Below, in pieces: positions 10,736 through 20,836 of a stretch of 25,734 nt of DNA. The notes under the pieces were generated by a model. It was not told the origin of the DNA. It did no database searches and was given only the letters and a program-made list of their open reading frames with translations. Where the stretch lies: assembly GCA_004431415.1 (NCBI GenBank), contig QPMI01000384.1, positions 1 to 25,734 on the forward strand, written 5' to 3'. The DNA comes from Cyanophora paradoxa CCMP329. Lineage: Eukaryota; Plantae; Glaucophyta. A program made the position numbers and the translations under genes. How positions within the stretch are numbered: position 1 is the first letter of the stretch; each line of letters opens with the position of its first letter.

Positions 10736-13165
10736 CTACGCGTCCACCTCGAGGTCGAAGGACCCGCGGAGGAGGGCGCGGAGGAGCGCGAGGGCGGGGC
10801 GCGGCTGGTCCATCGGCACCATGTGCCCGGCGTCCGCGACCTGCGCGGCCCCGGCGCTCGCCGCAGCGCACGCAGCTCTCGGGGGCGCCGGCGGCGCTCA
10901 CCCGGAGGAAGGTGAGGCCGTTGGCGCTCTTGGCGGCGCCGGCGGGGCGCCCCGCGACGGTCCAGTTGGCCATGGGGGCGGCGTTGAAGGCGGCGCGGCC
11001 GCTCCACTCCATGGCGGAGGTCCAGGCGAGGCCGCCGACGTGGTTGCAGATGAAGTCCTTGTCCCCGCTGCCCCCGCCCGAGCGTCAGCCGGCCGCAGCA
11101 GCGGCGGGGCCCGGACAGGGCGGCGTGCTTGTAGACGAGGGCGGGGATGCCGGCGTCGAGGAGGGCGGCGACGCGCCCCTCGAAGCCCTTCACCCAGTCC
11201 CCCAGCAGCATCGTGTGCACCTGCGCCACGCCAGCGCTCGCGCGGCGCGCAAGGGGCGGGGCGGGGCGGCGGGGGGAGCGGACGGCCATGTCGCAGGCGC
11301 GCCAGGGGCGGCCGCCGACGCCGAGGGCCTCGTGGAGGTCGGCCCGGCCCATGAACGCGTCCATGTACGAGAAGTCGTAGCACGTCGGGAACGACTCGCA
11401 CTTCTTCCGGATGTCTGCCCCCGCCACGCCCATAAGCGCCCCCCGGCCCCCGTCGTTTGCGCGGCGCGGCGCCGCACCGTAGACGTTGAAGTTGTGCCCC
11501 CCCGCGACGATGGCTTCGCGAGGGGCCGTGAGCGGGGCGGGCATGCGCAGGGGGGCCGCGGGGCGGGCGGGGCGCGCCCATGGTGGTGGCCTGGCACTGC
11601 TCGAGGGCGACGGGCCAGAGGCCACCGTCGATGAGCTTCTGGCACACCCGGTACGCCGCCCGCGCCGCCCCGTACCCCGCCTTCCCGATGATCCCGTTCT
11701 CGTACCTGCGCGAGGCCCCGGCCCGGCTCGCGGCGCGCGGCGCGGCGCGCCGGCCGGAGCTCGAGCTGTGCACGCACGCGAATTCCGCGTCTGCGACGCA
11801 GAAAAAGGGGCCCCTCTTGGTCAGCGTCTGCCGGCAGCGCGGGCCCAGGGGGCCGGGGCGGGGCGGGCGGCGCACAGGCGGGGTACTGGAGGCGGGGGTT
11901 GACCCAGCCGTTGCCGATGGCGATGCCCGAGAGGCGGAGCTTGACGGCCCCCTCGCCCCGCTGCGCCCCCTCCAGCACCCGGTGCGCGATCGCCGGCACG
12001 TCTGCACCCGCCTCAGCCGCGCGCGCCGCCGGCGGATGCGGAGGCGCCGGCCGCGGCGCGCGCACAGTGCCCCGCGTACGACTCGCCCGTGATCTGCCCG
12101 TGGGTTGCGCTAGCGCTCAGGGGCGGCGACGGGGGGGCGGGGGTGCGGCGGGGCGGGGCGGACGTAGAGGGGCCGGTCGGCGAGCTGGGGCCGATCGGCA
12201 AAGAAGAGCTGAAGGAAGGTGTAGAAGTCGTCGGCGACCTGCTGCTCGTTGCGGACGTACGCCGTCGGCCGCTCCACGTACGAGAAGCCCGTCCCCACCG
12301 GCTGGTCCACGTACACCACCGTCGCCGCCTGCCCGCGCGAGAGAAGGGGACCAGAGGTGAGCCCGCGGCCGCCGCGGCCGCGCCCCGGCCGCGAGCGCGG
12401 CGCCGGCGGCGGCGGGGCGGCGGCGCGCCTCGTTCCAGGAATACGGGTTGCGCTCGAGCTTGCCGTCGGGCTTGAGGTTCAGGGGCCCGTTCTCGGAGAG
12501 AAGGGCGAGCTCGGAGGAGCAGCCGGGCCCGCCCGTGAGCCACACCACGACGGGGTCCTGCGCCACGTCCCCGCGGCTCTCGAACATCCAGTAGAACAGG
12601 TGCCCTGCGCGCGCCCCGCGCCGCAATTGGCTGGAGCGCGGCGGTCGCATGCGGCGCAGGCGAGTGCGAGGCGAGCACCGCCGTGGGTCCCCTGCGCGCG
12701 CGCGAAGGGCCGCGCGAGCGGGGAGCTCGAGTCAATATACAGATTGAAAAAGCCAGATCGATATGGAGCGGGCGCATGCGCGATTACTCACGTTAACCAG
12801 ATAATATCCCGCCTGCTGCTTTGCGGTCTGTTCGAAGTCAATCAGCGGCCGCAGGATACGAGGAAACAGCGCGCGCGTCGCCATGGCGGGCGTGTGCGTT
12901 AATCGGCAAGAGGGGGCAACCAGCCAAGTCTAGATGTTCTCATTCTGTGCAGGCGCACCTCGGGGAAAACAGCTTGCAGCTTCTTAGGGTCGTAATCGTT
13001 CGACACGCCAAGCGCATCGCGGAGCCATTGAGGCACCCAACCCGATGGGAAAGAGAAGCGTTGCGAGGAGGCCGCGTATGCGTGCGCCGCCAGTGCGGAG
13101 AGGAGCAGCAGCACCACGACAGCGCGCGCCGGGACTGCCGAGGGGCGTGGCGAGCTGCGCGACAT
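10736..13165 (-). CDS. Serine carboxypeptidase, peptidase S10 (CPY/SCPL-type), 14 exons
   Basis: Signal peptide; QAGYYLVN; LFYWMFESR..DPVVVWLTGGPGCSS; YVDQPVGTGFSY; catalytic Ser ITGESYAGHYVP; GIAIGNG; catalytic Asp YNGDKDFICN; catalytic His DAGHMVPMDQP; ends FDLEVDA*. Confidence 0.95.
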
Positions 13166-13423
13166 GGCGCCGGCTCGATGAGCTAAACGAGAGATCGCGG
13201 CTGTTCGATCCGAAGCTCTGTTGAGGAAGCGCCTGGCGAAGCTCTACCCCGCTGGCGAAAAAAAGCGCTCAAAAGTTTGGAGGCTGCAGCGCCCAGCTCA
13301 GGCTCTGATCGCTTGGTGTAGAGCTAGCGCGGCAAGCGCGCGAAGCCTCAGCTGCGGAATCGAGCGTCGAGCGGAACGAAGCCCAGGCCGTGCCTGGCGT
13401 CCCTCGGCCCGTCCCGGGCGTGC
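13166..13423. promoter_or_regulatory. Divergent promoter region between the carboxypeptidase and MBOAT genes
   Basis: 258 nt between oppositely oriented ATGs at 13165 (-) and 13424 (+). Confidence 0.5.
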
Positions 13424-16002
13424 ATGATGGGCGCAATGCACGCGCACAAGCCGCGGTGGCGGACGCCGGAGTTCGTGGGCTACATCTCCCTCATCGCCGG
13501 CGCCATCGTCGTCCTCACGTACTGGGGCGTGCAGAACTGTGACCGTGCGCACGCGGCCGCGCCTCGCGCAACGGCAGCTCGATCTCACGCTCGCCGCCGC
13601 CCCTCGCGCGCAGCGTACAACCGGAATGTGGCCGTGGTCGAGTACGAGTTCCTCGCCGCCGGGTGGATTCCGGGGCACAGGATCGTGCGCGCTTGCGCTT
13701 GTTTCGAATGCGCGCGGGGCGCGCCGACGCGTGCGGGGCCAGGACCTCTCGGACAACCAGTACGCGATGTGGCGCAAGAACTTCTGGATCCTGGCTGCGG
13801 CGATGGCGGGCCACCTGCTCCTCGCCGCCGCCGTGCGGCGTCTCCGCGTGGCGCCCGAGGCGAGCCCGTACGAGGACGGGAGCGGGGCGGCGCTGGGCGG
13901 GGCGCTGCGGGAGGAGGAGGTGCCGGGGGTGGGCCCGCGGCTGGCCTTCTCACTGCTCTTCTCGCTGGGCTTCGTTGCCTACGTGCACCGCTTCTCGGCC
14001 CTCTGGCTCCTCGGCGTCGTCCTCGTAAACTTCGGCATCGGCCGCGCCTGCGGCGCATCCCGGCCCGCCCCCGCCCGCCCCGCCCCGGCCCGCCCGCCCC
14101 GCCGCCCCTCCCCCTCACGCGGCGGCAGGTGGAACCTCGTGCTAACGTGGGCGTGGTGCATCTTCGTGCGCTTCTCCTCCGAGCTCAATGGGGGGTACCG
14201 CCTCTCCGACTTCTTCAACGCCTTCCACTCCCTCGCGCGCCCCGCCCCTCCTCCCCCGCCCCCCCCCACCCCCCCCCCCCCCCCCCCGCGGCTTCTCTGA
14301 GGCGGGGCCGCAGGACGGCAGCACGGGGATGCTGCGCTGGTGGATCTCGTTCAATCTGTGCATGCTCCGGCTCGTGAGCTTTAACACGGACTACTACTGG
14401 GCCCTCCGCGCCCGCCCCTCCCCCGTCGACGTCCGGGCGCGCCTCCCCCGCGGGACCGCCCGCCGGCGCCGCCTCTGACGGGCGGGGCGGCTCAGAGCAA
14501 GTCGGAGTACACGCGGCGGCAGGAGACGTCCCTCCCGGCGCGCTGCTACTCCCTCCCCGCGTGCCTCGCCTACGCCCTCTACGTGCCGCTGTACATCGCG
14601 GGGCCCATCACCTCCTTCAACGCCTTCTACTCCCACGCCCGCCCCGCCCCGCCCCTTTCCTTCTGCCCCGCCCACCCCGCCCCGCAGATGCTGTGGCCCC
14701 AGCGAGCCGTGCCGCTGCGCCGGGCGCTCCTCCTGCTCGCGCGGGCCCTCCTCGTCTTCCTCGGCATCGACGTCTCCCTCCACTTCCTCTACTACTACGG
14801 CGTCGTCGAATACGGGCCCGCCCGCCCCTCCCGCGCCCCCTCCGCGAGGCCGGCGGTGGCTGAGCGAGGGCAGGGCAGGCTGTGGCGGGAGCTGCCGGCG
14901 TGGGAGCTGGGGCTGACGGGCTACTTCACGATCACCTTCATGTGGTGCAAGTTCCTCGTCATCTGGCGCTTCTTCCGCGCCTGGGCCCTCCTCGACGGCG
15001 TCTGCCCAGCCCTCGGCCGGCCCCGCGCCCCGCCGGCCCCGAGGCGCGCTCGCGGCAGGTGGAGGTGCCGGAGAACATGCTCCGCTGCGTCTCCAACAAC
15101 TGCTCCTTCACGGGCTTCTGGCGGTGCCCGGCGCCCCCGCCCGCCCCCGCCGGCGCGGCGCTCATCGGCGGCGGGGCGCGCGGCAGCTCGTGGCACGCGA
15201 GCTTCAACAAGTGGGTCCTCCGGTGCGCCCCACCCCGCCCCGGCCCGGCGAGGAGGGCGGCGGGAGCGCGGGAGGCGAGGCGGGGCGGGCAGGTACATGT
15301 ACATCCCGCTGGGGGGCCGCCGCACGCAGGCCGCCTCCATCTGGCTCATCTTCTCCTTCATCGGCGCCTGGCACGACCTCCGCTGGCAGTGGCGCGGCCC
15401 CGCCCCCCGCCCCGCCCCGCGCCCCGGGGCGAGCGCGGGGGCGCAGGTGCGCGTGGGCGCTGCTCAACTGCGCCTTCTTCTCCCTCGAGATCGTCGTCCT
15501 CACCGCCTGCGCCGGGCCCGCCGTCCGCCCCGCCCCGCCCCGTCCCTGCTCCCCGCGCCGCTGAGCGGGGGCAGATGGAGGGGGTGCGGCGGCGGCCGGC
15601 GTGGCGGCACGTGCGGGCGGCCGGCGGGGCCCTCGGCGTCGTCCTCCTCATGGCGCGCCGCCTGCCGCCCCTCCCCGCCCCCTCCTGCCGACGGCCCGAG
15701 GCAGGTGGCGAACCTGGCGATCCTCCTCGGCTTCGAGGGCGCCGCCGAGTTCTTCCGCCTCATCTTCCTCAGCGGGCCCCCCGGCGCGCCCCCCGCCGCC
15801 CGCCCCGCGTCCCGCCCCCCTCACCGCCTCGGCCCGCAGCGCACCTGGTGTTCGCCGCGGCGCTGCTCATCTTCTTCGCCGCCGCCCAGATCCAGTTCGA
15901 GGCGCGTCGCTGCGCCCCCGCGCCCTCCGCCCCGTGTCGAGCGCGGCGCCGCAGATCCGCGAGGCGGAGGGGGCCTCCGGGGCCGGGGGGAAGGAGAGCT
16001 GA
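13424..16002 (+). CDS. GUP1: Membrane-bound O-acyltransferase, GUP1/HHAT(L) subfamily, 16 exons
   Basis: Spliced motifs GWIPGHRI|DLSDNQY, FNLCMLRLVSFNTDYYWA, LYVPLYIAGPITSFNAF, WCKFLVIWRFFRAWALLDG|VEVPENMLRCVSNN..FWR|SWHASFNKWVLR|YMYIPLGG, active-site IGAWHDL, LM|VANL and QIQFE|IREAE; stop at 16000-16002. Confidence 0.92.
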
Positions 16003-17164
16003 GCGCGCCGGGCGCCTTCGCGCGGAGAAGCACCCGCCGCGGGGCGCGCAATTCGGTCAAGCCCTCTCCCGCCGAACCGCCGCCCCCGCTGCGCCTCCCC
16101 TCCCCGCCGACTCCTCTCCTGCCGAGCGGAGGCCCCTCGGCTCCCGCCGCGTGATCGTGAGCGCCGCGCCGAGGCCTCGAGGCTCGCCCCTCCGGGCGCT
16201 CCAGGAGGGCCCGGGCCGGTGCAGGCCGACCCCGCCCCCCCCCCCCCTCCCCCCCCCCCCCCCCGGCCCGGGGAGGCCCCCAAGTGCACGCAAGGACTGC
16301 GTGCGAGACCAGTTGCAACCGTGCACGCGCAGCCATTTCTACGGCGGTGACGCGCGAGGCCATGGGATGGCGCGGTGGGCGGGGTAGGGGGGTCACTGGT
16401 TCTGCACGGGGGCCTTGGAGGCCCCGCAGGCATGATGGACAGATGCACAGTAGCCGGGCTGCGAGCTCGAGTGGGAGCCGTGGGAGCCTCGAGCTCCGAG
16501 GCTCGCACTCAGTGACTCTCGACTCTCAGTCTCGGATCCGGAGGAGTCTCGCGATCGGAGGCCCCGGCCCAGCTTCAGAGTCTGAAATTCAAGGCTTCGC
16601 CAACTTGGCAAGTTGCAAGCCCGGGCGCCCAACCCCCAACCCCCGGGGCCCCGAGGACTCGACCGTCGGAGCACCTTGGCAATTTCATGATCATGATCAA
16701 TTGCAAGTACAGACCGTCAGACTCATGAAATTAATCTTGAGAGCCCCGGCCCCCTCGCGACCTGGCCCGAGGGGCAAGAGCCCGACACGCGGAGTTTTTG
16801 AAGTCTAGATGGGCCCTCCTCCATCTGCCAGGCTGGTTACCGGGTAAGCCTCGAGCCTCGGAGCTCCCCCCTTGGCTCTCTGGCCACTAGCACTGATTGC
16901 GCATGCGATGTTCATGATCGCATGCGGCTACTGTAAGCAACGGATCCGATGATCCAGATGAAATCACTGGAATGAGGCTCCGAGCCTCGAAGCTCAGCGG
17001 CTCCCGGAGAGTCGTTGCCTTCGGGGGCCTAGGAGAACCAGTGCATCGAATGCGTTTGCGATTCGCTGGGTTCAATTCGACTCGATCCTACCAAGAAAAC
17101 GCTGTCCTCTGAATTCGGAGCTGCAGCTGGCCATGGACGGGGGTGGGGCGGGCCGGGGCCGCCC
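16003..17164. other. Convergent intergenic spacer / 3' flanks, palindrome-dense from about 16440 to 17090
   Basis: No credible CDS; poly-C tract at about 16231-16264; chained palindromes (see findings). Confidence 0.65.
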
Positions 17165-20100
17165 TCAGAAGAGGAAGGGGAGGTCGCCGGCCCCCGCGGG
17201 GGGCGGCGCCGGCGCCTGCTTCTCCCCCGGGGGCCCCGCGGGGGGCGCCCCGGACCCGCCCTCGTACCCCTCGTACCCGCCCTTGTCGGGGGCCGGCCCG
17301 TCGCGCTCGCCCATGCCGAGGACGGAGCGGAGGCTGCCGCCGCGGCGGGCGGCGCCGCCGGCGGGGCGCGCGCCCGGCCCGGGCCGTCCTCCAGCCCGTC
17401 CAGCGCCCCCGAGCCCGACCCGTAGCCGACCTCGCCCTCCCCGTACCCGCCCCGCTCCGACCCGTAGCCCCCGCCGTACCCGCCCCGCTCCGAGCCGAAG
17501 CGGCCGTAGCCGCCGCGGTCCGAGTCGAAGCGCCCGTAGCCGCCGCGCCTGCGGCCGGCCGGTCAGCAGCGAGGCGGGGCGGGCGGGGCGGAGAGGGCGC
17601 ACCCGCCGCGGCCGCGAGGCCGGGAGGGGCCCCGTAGGCGTCCTCGAGGGACTCGCCCCCGAACGTCTCCCGGGGCGCCCGCTCGTACCCGCCGCGACCC
17701 CGCCCCCGCCCGCCCCGCCCGCCCCGCATGCCGCGCCCGCCGCGGGCGCCGCGGGCGGGGAAGCCGCCGTCGTCGTCGTCGAAGCGCATGCGGCCGGCGC
17801 CGTCGTCGCCAAAGCGGGAGCGGCCGGGGCCGGCGGGGAAGCCGCCCTCCTCGTCGTCGGGGCGGTCGAAGCGGGAGCGCCCGGGGCCCTCCTGGAAGCG
17901 CTCCGGGCTCTCCTCGTAGCGCCCCCGCCCGCCGCGCCCCCCGAAGCCCTCCTCCTCCTCCCGGTCGAACCGCGTGCGCCCCGGGCCCTCCTGGAAGCGC
18001 CCGCGCCCGCCCTGCCGCGCCCCGGCCCCGCCCGCGGCCGCTGCGGGGAGCGCCCGTCAAGCGGGGGTGCGGGGCTTGGGGGGCGCGGGGGCGGGGCGGG
18101 GCGGGCGGACCGCCCCTCGAGGTCGGCGGTCTTGCGAAGGGGCGGGCGGTACACGTTGAGCGCTTCGATCGCCTCCCGCACCCCCGCCTGGCCCATCTGC
18201 AGCTCCCCGCCCGGACGTCCGTTCGGGTTCTCCCCGTAGATCGCCTTGCGCCGCCCCCTGCGCAGGCACCGCCGGCGGGTGAGCGGCGGGGGAGGGCGGG
18301 CGGGGACGGGGGTGGGGACCCGGCGGCGATGCGGGCGGCGGTGAGGCGGCGCTTGACGCGATCGGTGCGGAGGAGCCCGCTGAACTCCTTCAGGCCCTCC
18401 AGCTGCCCGCCCCCGCCCCGCTGAGGCCGGGCGGGGGGGCGGGGCGGGGGGGAGGGTGCGGACCTCGCCGGAGAGGACGAGGGCGCGGATGCGGGGGTAC
18501 TCGGGCTTGAGGCCGGCCTCGCGCATCTCCCGCACCACCTTGCCCGCCATGTCCGGCTTCCGGTTCAGCAGGCACCCCGCCACCAGCTCCGTCCACGTCT
18601 TCGCGCTCGGCCTGCCCGCGCCCGCCCCCGTCGGCGCCGGCAGGGCGGGGCGGGGCGGGGACGCGGGGCGGCGCACTTGCGGCCGGAGCGGATCATCTCG
18701 GCAATGACGCGGTTGGCGCCCCCGAGCTGGCGCCGCCGCACGTAGTCCTTGATGAGCTTGAGGGCGATGATGTTGTACGCCGTCTCGCTGTCCAGCGCCC
18801 GCCGCTGCATCTCCTCGACGACCTCGGCCGCCGCCTGCCCCGCCCCGCACTCGACCAGCACGGTCGTGAGGCAGGTGAGGGTCTTCTCCTCGGGCTGCAC
18901 GCCGCGCTCGCCCAGGATGCGGGCCACCGTGCGCGCCGCCTCGACGTCGCGCCCGTAGATGTCCGCCACGCCGCGGATGAGGTTGATCGCCAGCGCGTTC
19001 GCCTCCGCCGGCCCCACACGGACGGCGCTCAGCGGCAGCGCCTCCCCGAAGGCCTCCTGCGCCACCGCCTCCAGCGCCCCCGCCGCCTCCCCCTCCCCCG
19101 CCGTCCCCGCCCCCGGCCGCTCCACCACGGGGCCCAGGATCTCTGCCTCCCGCCCCGCCCCGGTCGGCCCGGCGGGGCGGGGCGGGGCGGGGCGGGGCGG
19201 GGCGGGGCGGGGCGGGCGCACGGGCGAAGCGCTCGAGGGCGGCCTCGCTCTGCTCGTAGCGGATGAACCTGCGCCCCCGCCGAGTCAGCGCCACGCCGCC
19301 GGCGCCCGCGGAGGGGGCGCGCCGGCAGAGGACGGCCGTGATGTCGTGGATCTTGGGGGCGACGCCGTCGGCGGCCGCCTTCTCCAGCACCTCCCACGCC
19401 GCCTCCGGCTGCCCCGTCGTCCCGTAGTACCGCGCCACGCTGCCGCCCGCGTCGCCTCCCCGCCCCGCCCCGCCCCGGCGCGGGGCGGCGAGGGCGCACC
19501 AGGAGTACGTGTTGAGGGTGGGCTCGAAGCCGGCGGCGCGGAGCTCGGCGGGGGCGGCGAGGGAGAGGTCGGGGCGCTGGCAGCGGGTGCAGGCGACGGC
19601 GTAGAGCTCGTAGACGCGGGGCAGGGAGCCCGGGGCCTGCGCGTCGGCCTTGAACTCGCCGGCGGCGTGGCGGGCGGCGGCGGCCTGCTTGGCCTCCTCG
19701 AAGAGGCACTGGACGGCGGGGAGGTCGCCGGCGCGGCCGTGGGCGCGCAGCAGGAGGAGCCGGACGTCGGCGTCGGCCTCGAAGCCGGCGGCCACCATCT
19801 CCGCCACCACCCCCTCCATCCGCTCCACGTCCCCGAAGTCGCTCAGCACGTCCAGCACCGTGCAGTACGTGATCCGGTCCGCCTCGCACCCGCTCTGCGC
19901 CCCCGCCCCGCCTCAGCGCCGGCGCGGGGCGGGGGCGGGGGGGGCGCGCGGGGCGGGGGCCGGCCTCGAGCATGCGGCGGAAGGTGGCCATGGCCTCGAG
20001 CGCCCCGCGCTGCCCGCTCCGCTTGATCGCCGTCGTCCACCACTTCGCAGGCTTCGGCGCGTCCAGCTGCAGCAGCAGCTCAGCCGCAGCGCCGCAGCTG

Positions 20101-20743
20101 GCGCCCCGCGCGCCGCCCGCGCGCACCACGTAGTCGGCGAAGAAGGCCGGCTGCGGGCCAGAGGAGAGGGGCCGCGGGGAGGGCGTCCCCTCGTCCTCGG
20201 CGGCGCGCTCGAAGAAGCTCAGCAGCTGCTCCTCCCCCTCGTCCTCGCCCAGCAAATCAGGCAGGTCCTCGTCCAGGAACTCCCCGACGCCCTCCTCGTC
20301 CTCCTCGTCCTCCGCCTGACTCCGCGACCGCAGCTTCGCGACCACGCGCACGTCCGGCGACGCCTCCCGGAAGGCGGCGGCCTGGACCAAGAATCTCGAG
20401 CCCGAGCCGTGGAAGGTGCTCCGGCTCGACGCCAGCGATCGGCCGCGCGCGGAACGCACTGCGCGTTGCGCGCCGTGTCAGCGCAGCGCTGCGGGCATGC
20501 GAGCGGAAGGCTGGCCCACCTGCGATTTTACTTTCCGAGCGATCTCGATCGGCGGTCCCCGTAAAGGGCGAGGCGCGTCTGCGCTCCAGCTAGTCAGCAC
20601 AGAACGAGCATCGCCGCATGGAGATCGGGCGCAGGGATCGTCGGAATAAAATCTTCCGGGACGCACCCCTGGACCATCCCCAGCGAGCTCGCGTGGAGCT
20701 CCTGCACCACTGGAAGGAGCGGAGGGCCTCCAAACGCCACCAT
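17165..20743 (-). CDS. Pentatricopeptide repeat (PPR) protein, putative plastid presequence, C-terminal RGG/YGG-rich tail
   Basis: Reconstructed start MVAFGGPP at 20743 using GT-AG introns 20666-20579 and 20519-20459. PPR-like units: WTTAIKRSGQRGALEAMATFRRMLE|SGCEADRITYCTVLD, GFEADADVRLLLLRAHGRAGD, GFEPTLNTYS, GVAPKIHDITAVL, LDSETAYNIIALKLI, PSAKTWTELVAGCLLNRKPDMAGKVVREMREAGLKP. Tail of RGG/RGGYG repeats ending GDLPFLF*. The tail needs small frame corrections in G/C runs. Confidence 0.82.
19172..19214 (+). repeat. (GGGGC)n microsatellite inside a PPR-gene intron; representative of the intronic (CCCCG)n repeats found on the sense strand throughout the window
   Basis: Directly visible tandem GGGGC units; reads (CCCCG)n on the transcribed (minus) strand, as in introns of plus-strand genes (e.g. 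4535-4556, 24494-24519). Confidence 0.85.
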
Positions 20744-20836
20744 TGTCGCCGCCGGGCGATTCCGAGGGTCGCGCGCGATTGCACTCTACCCCCCAAGCGA
20801 GCTGATCAGCGCTGAAGCGGTAGCTGGCGCCCACCG
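20744..20836. promoter_or_regulatory. Very short (93 nt) divergent spacer between the PPR and lipase start codons
   Basis: ATG at 20743 (-) and ATG at 20837 (+); both starts are inferred from Phe-type presequences and spliceable frames. Confidence 0.55.
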
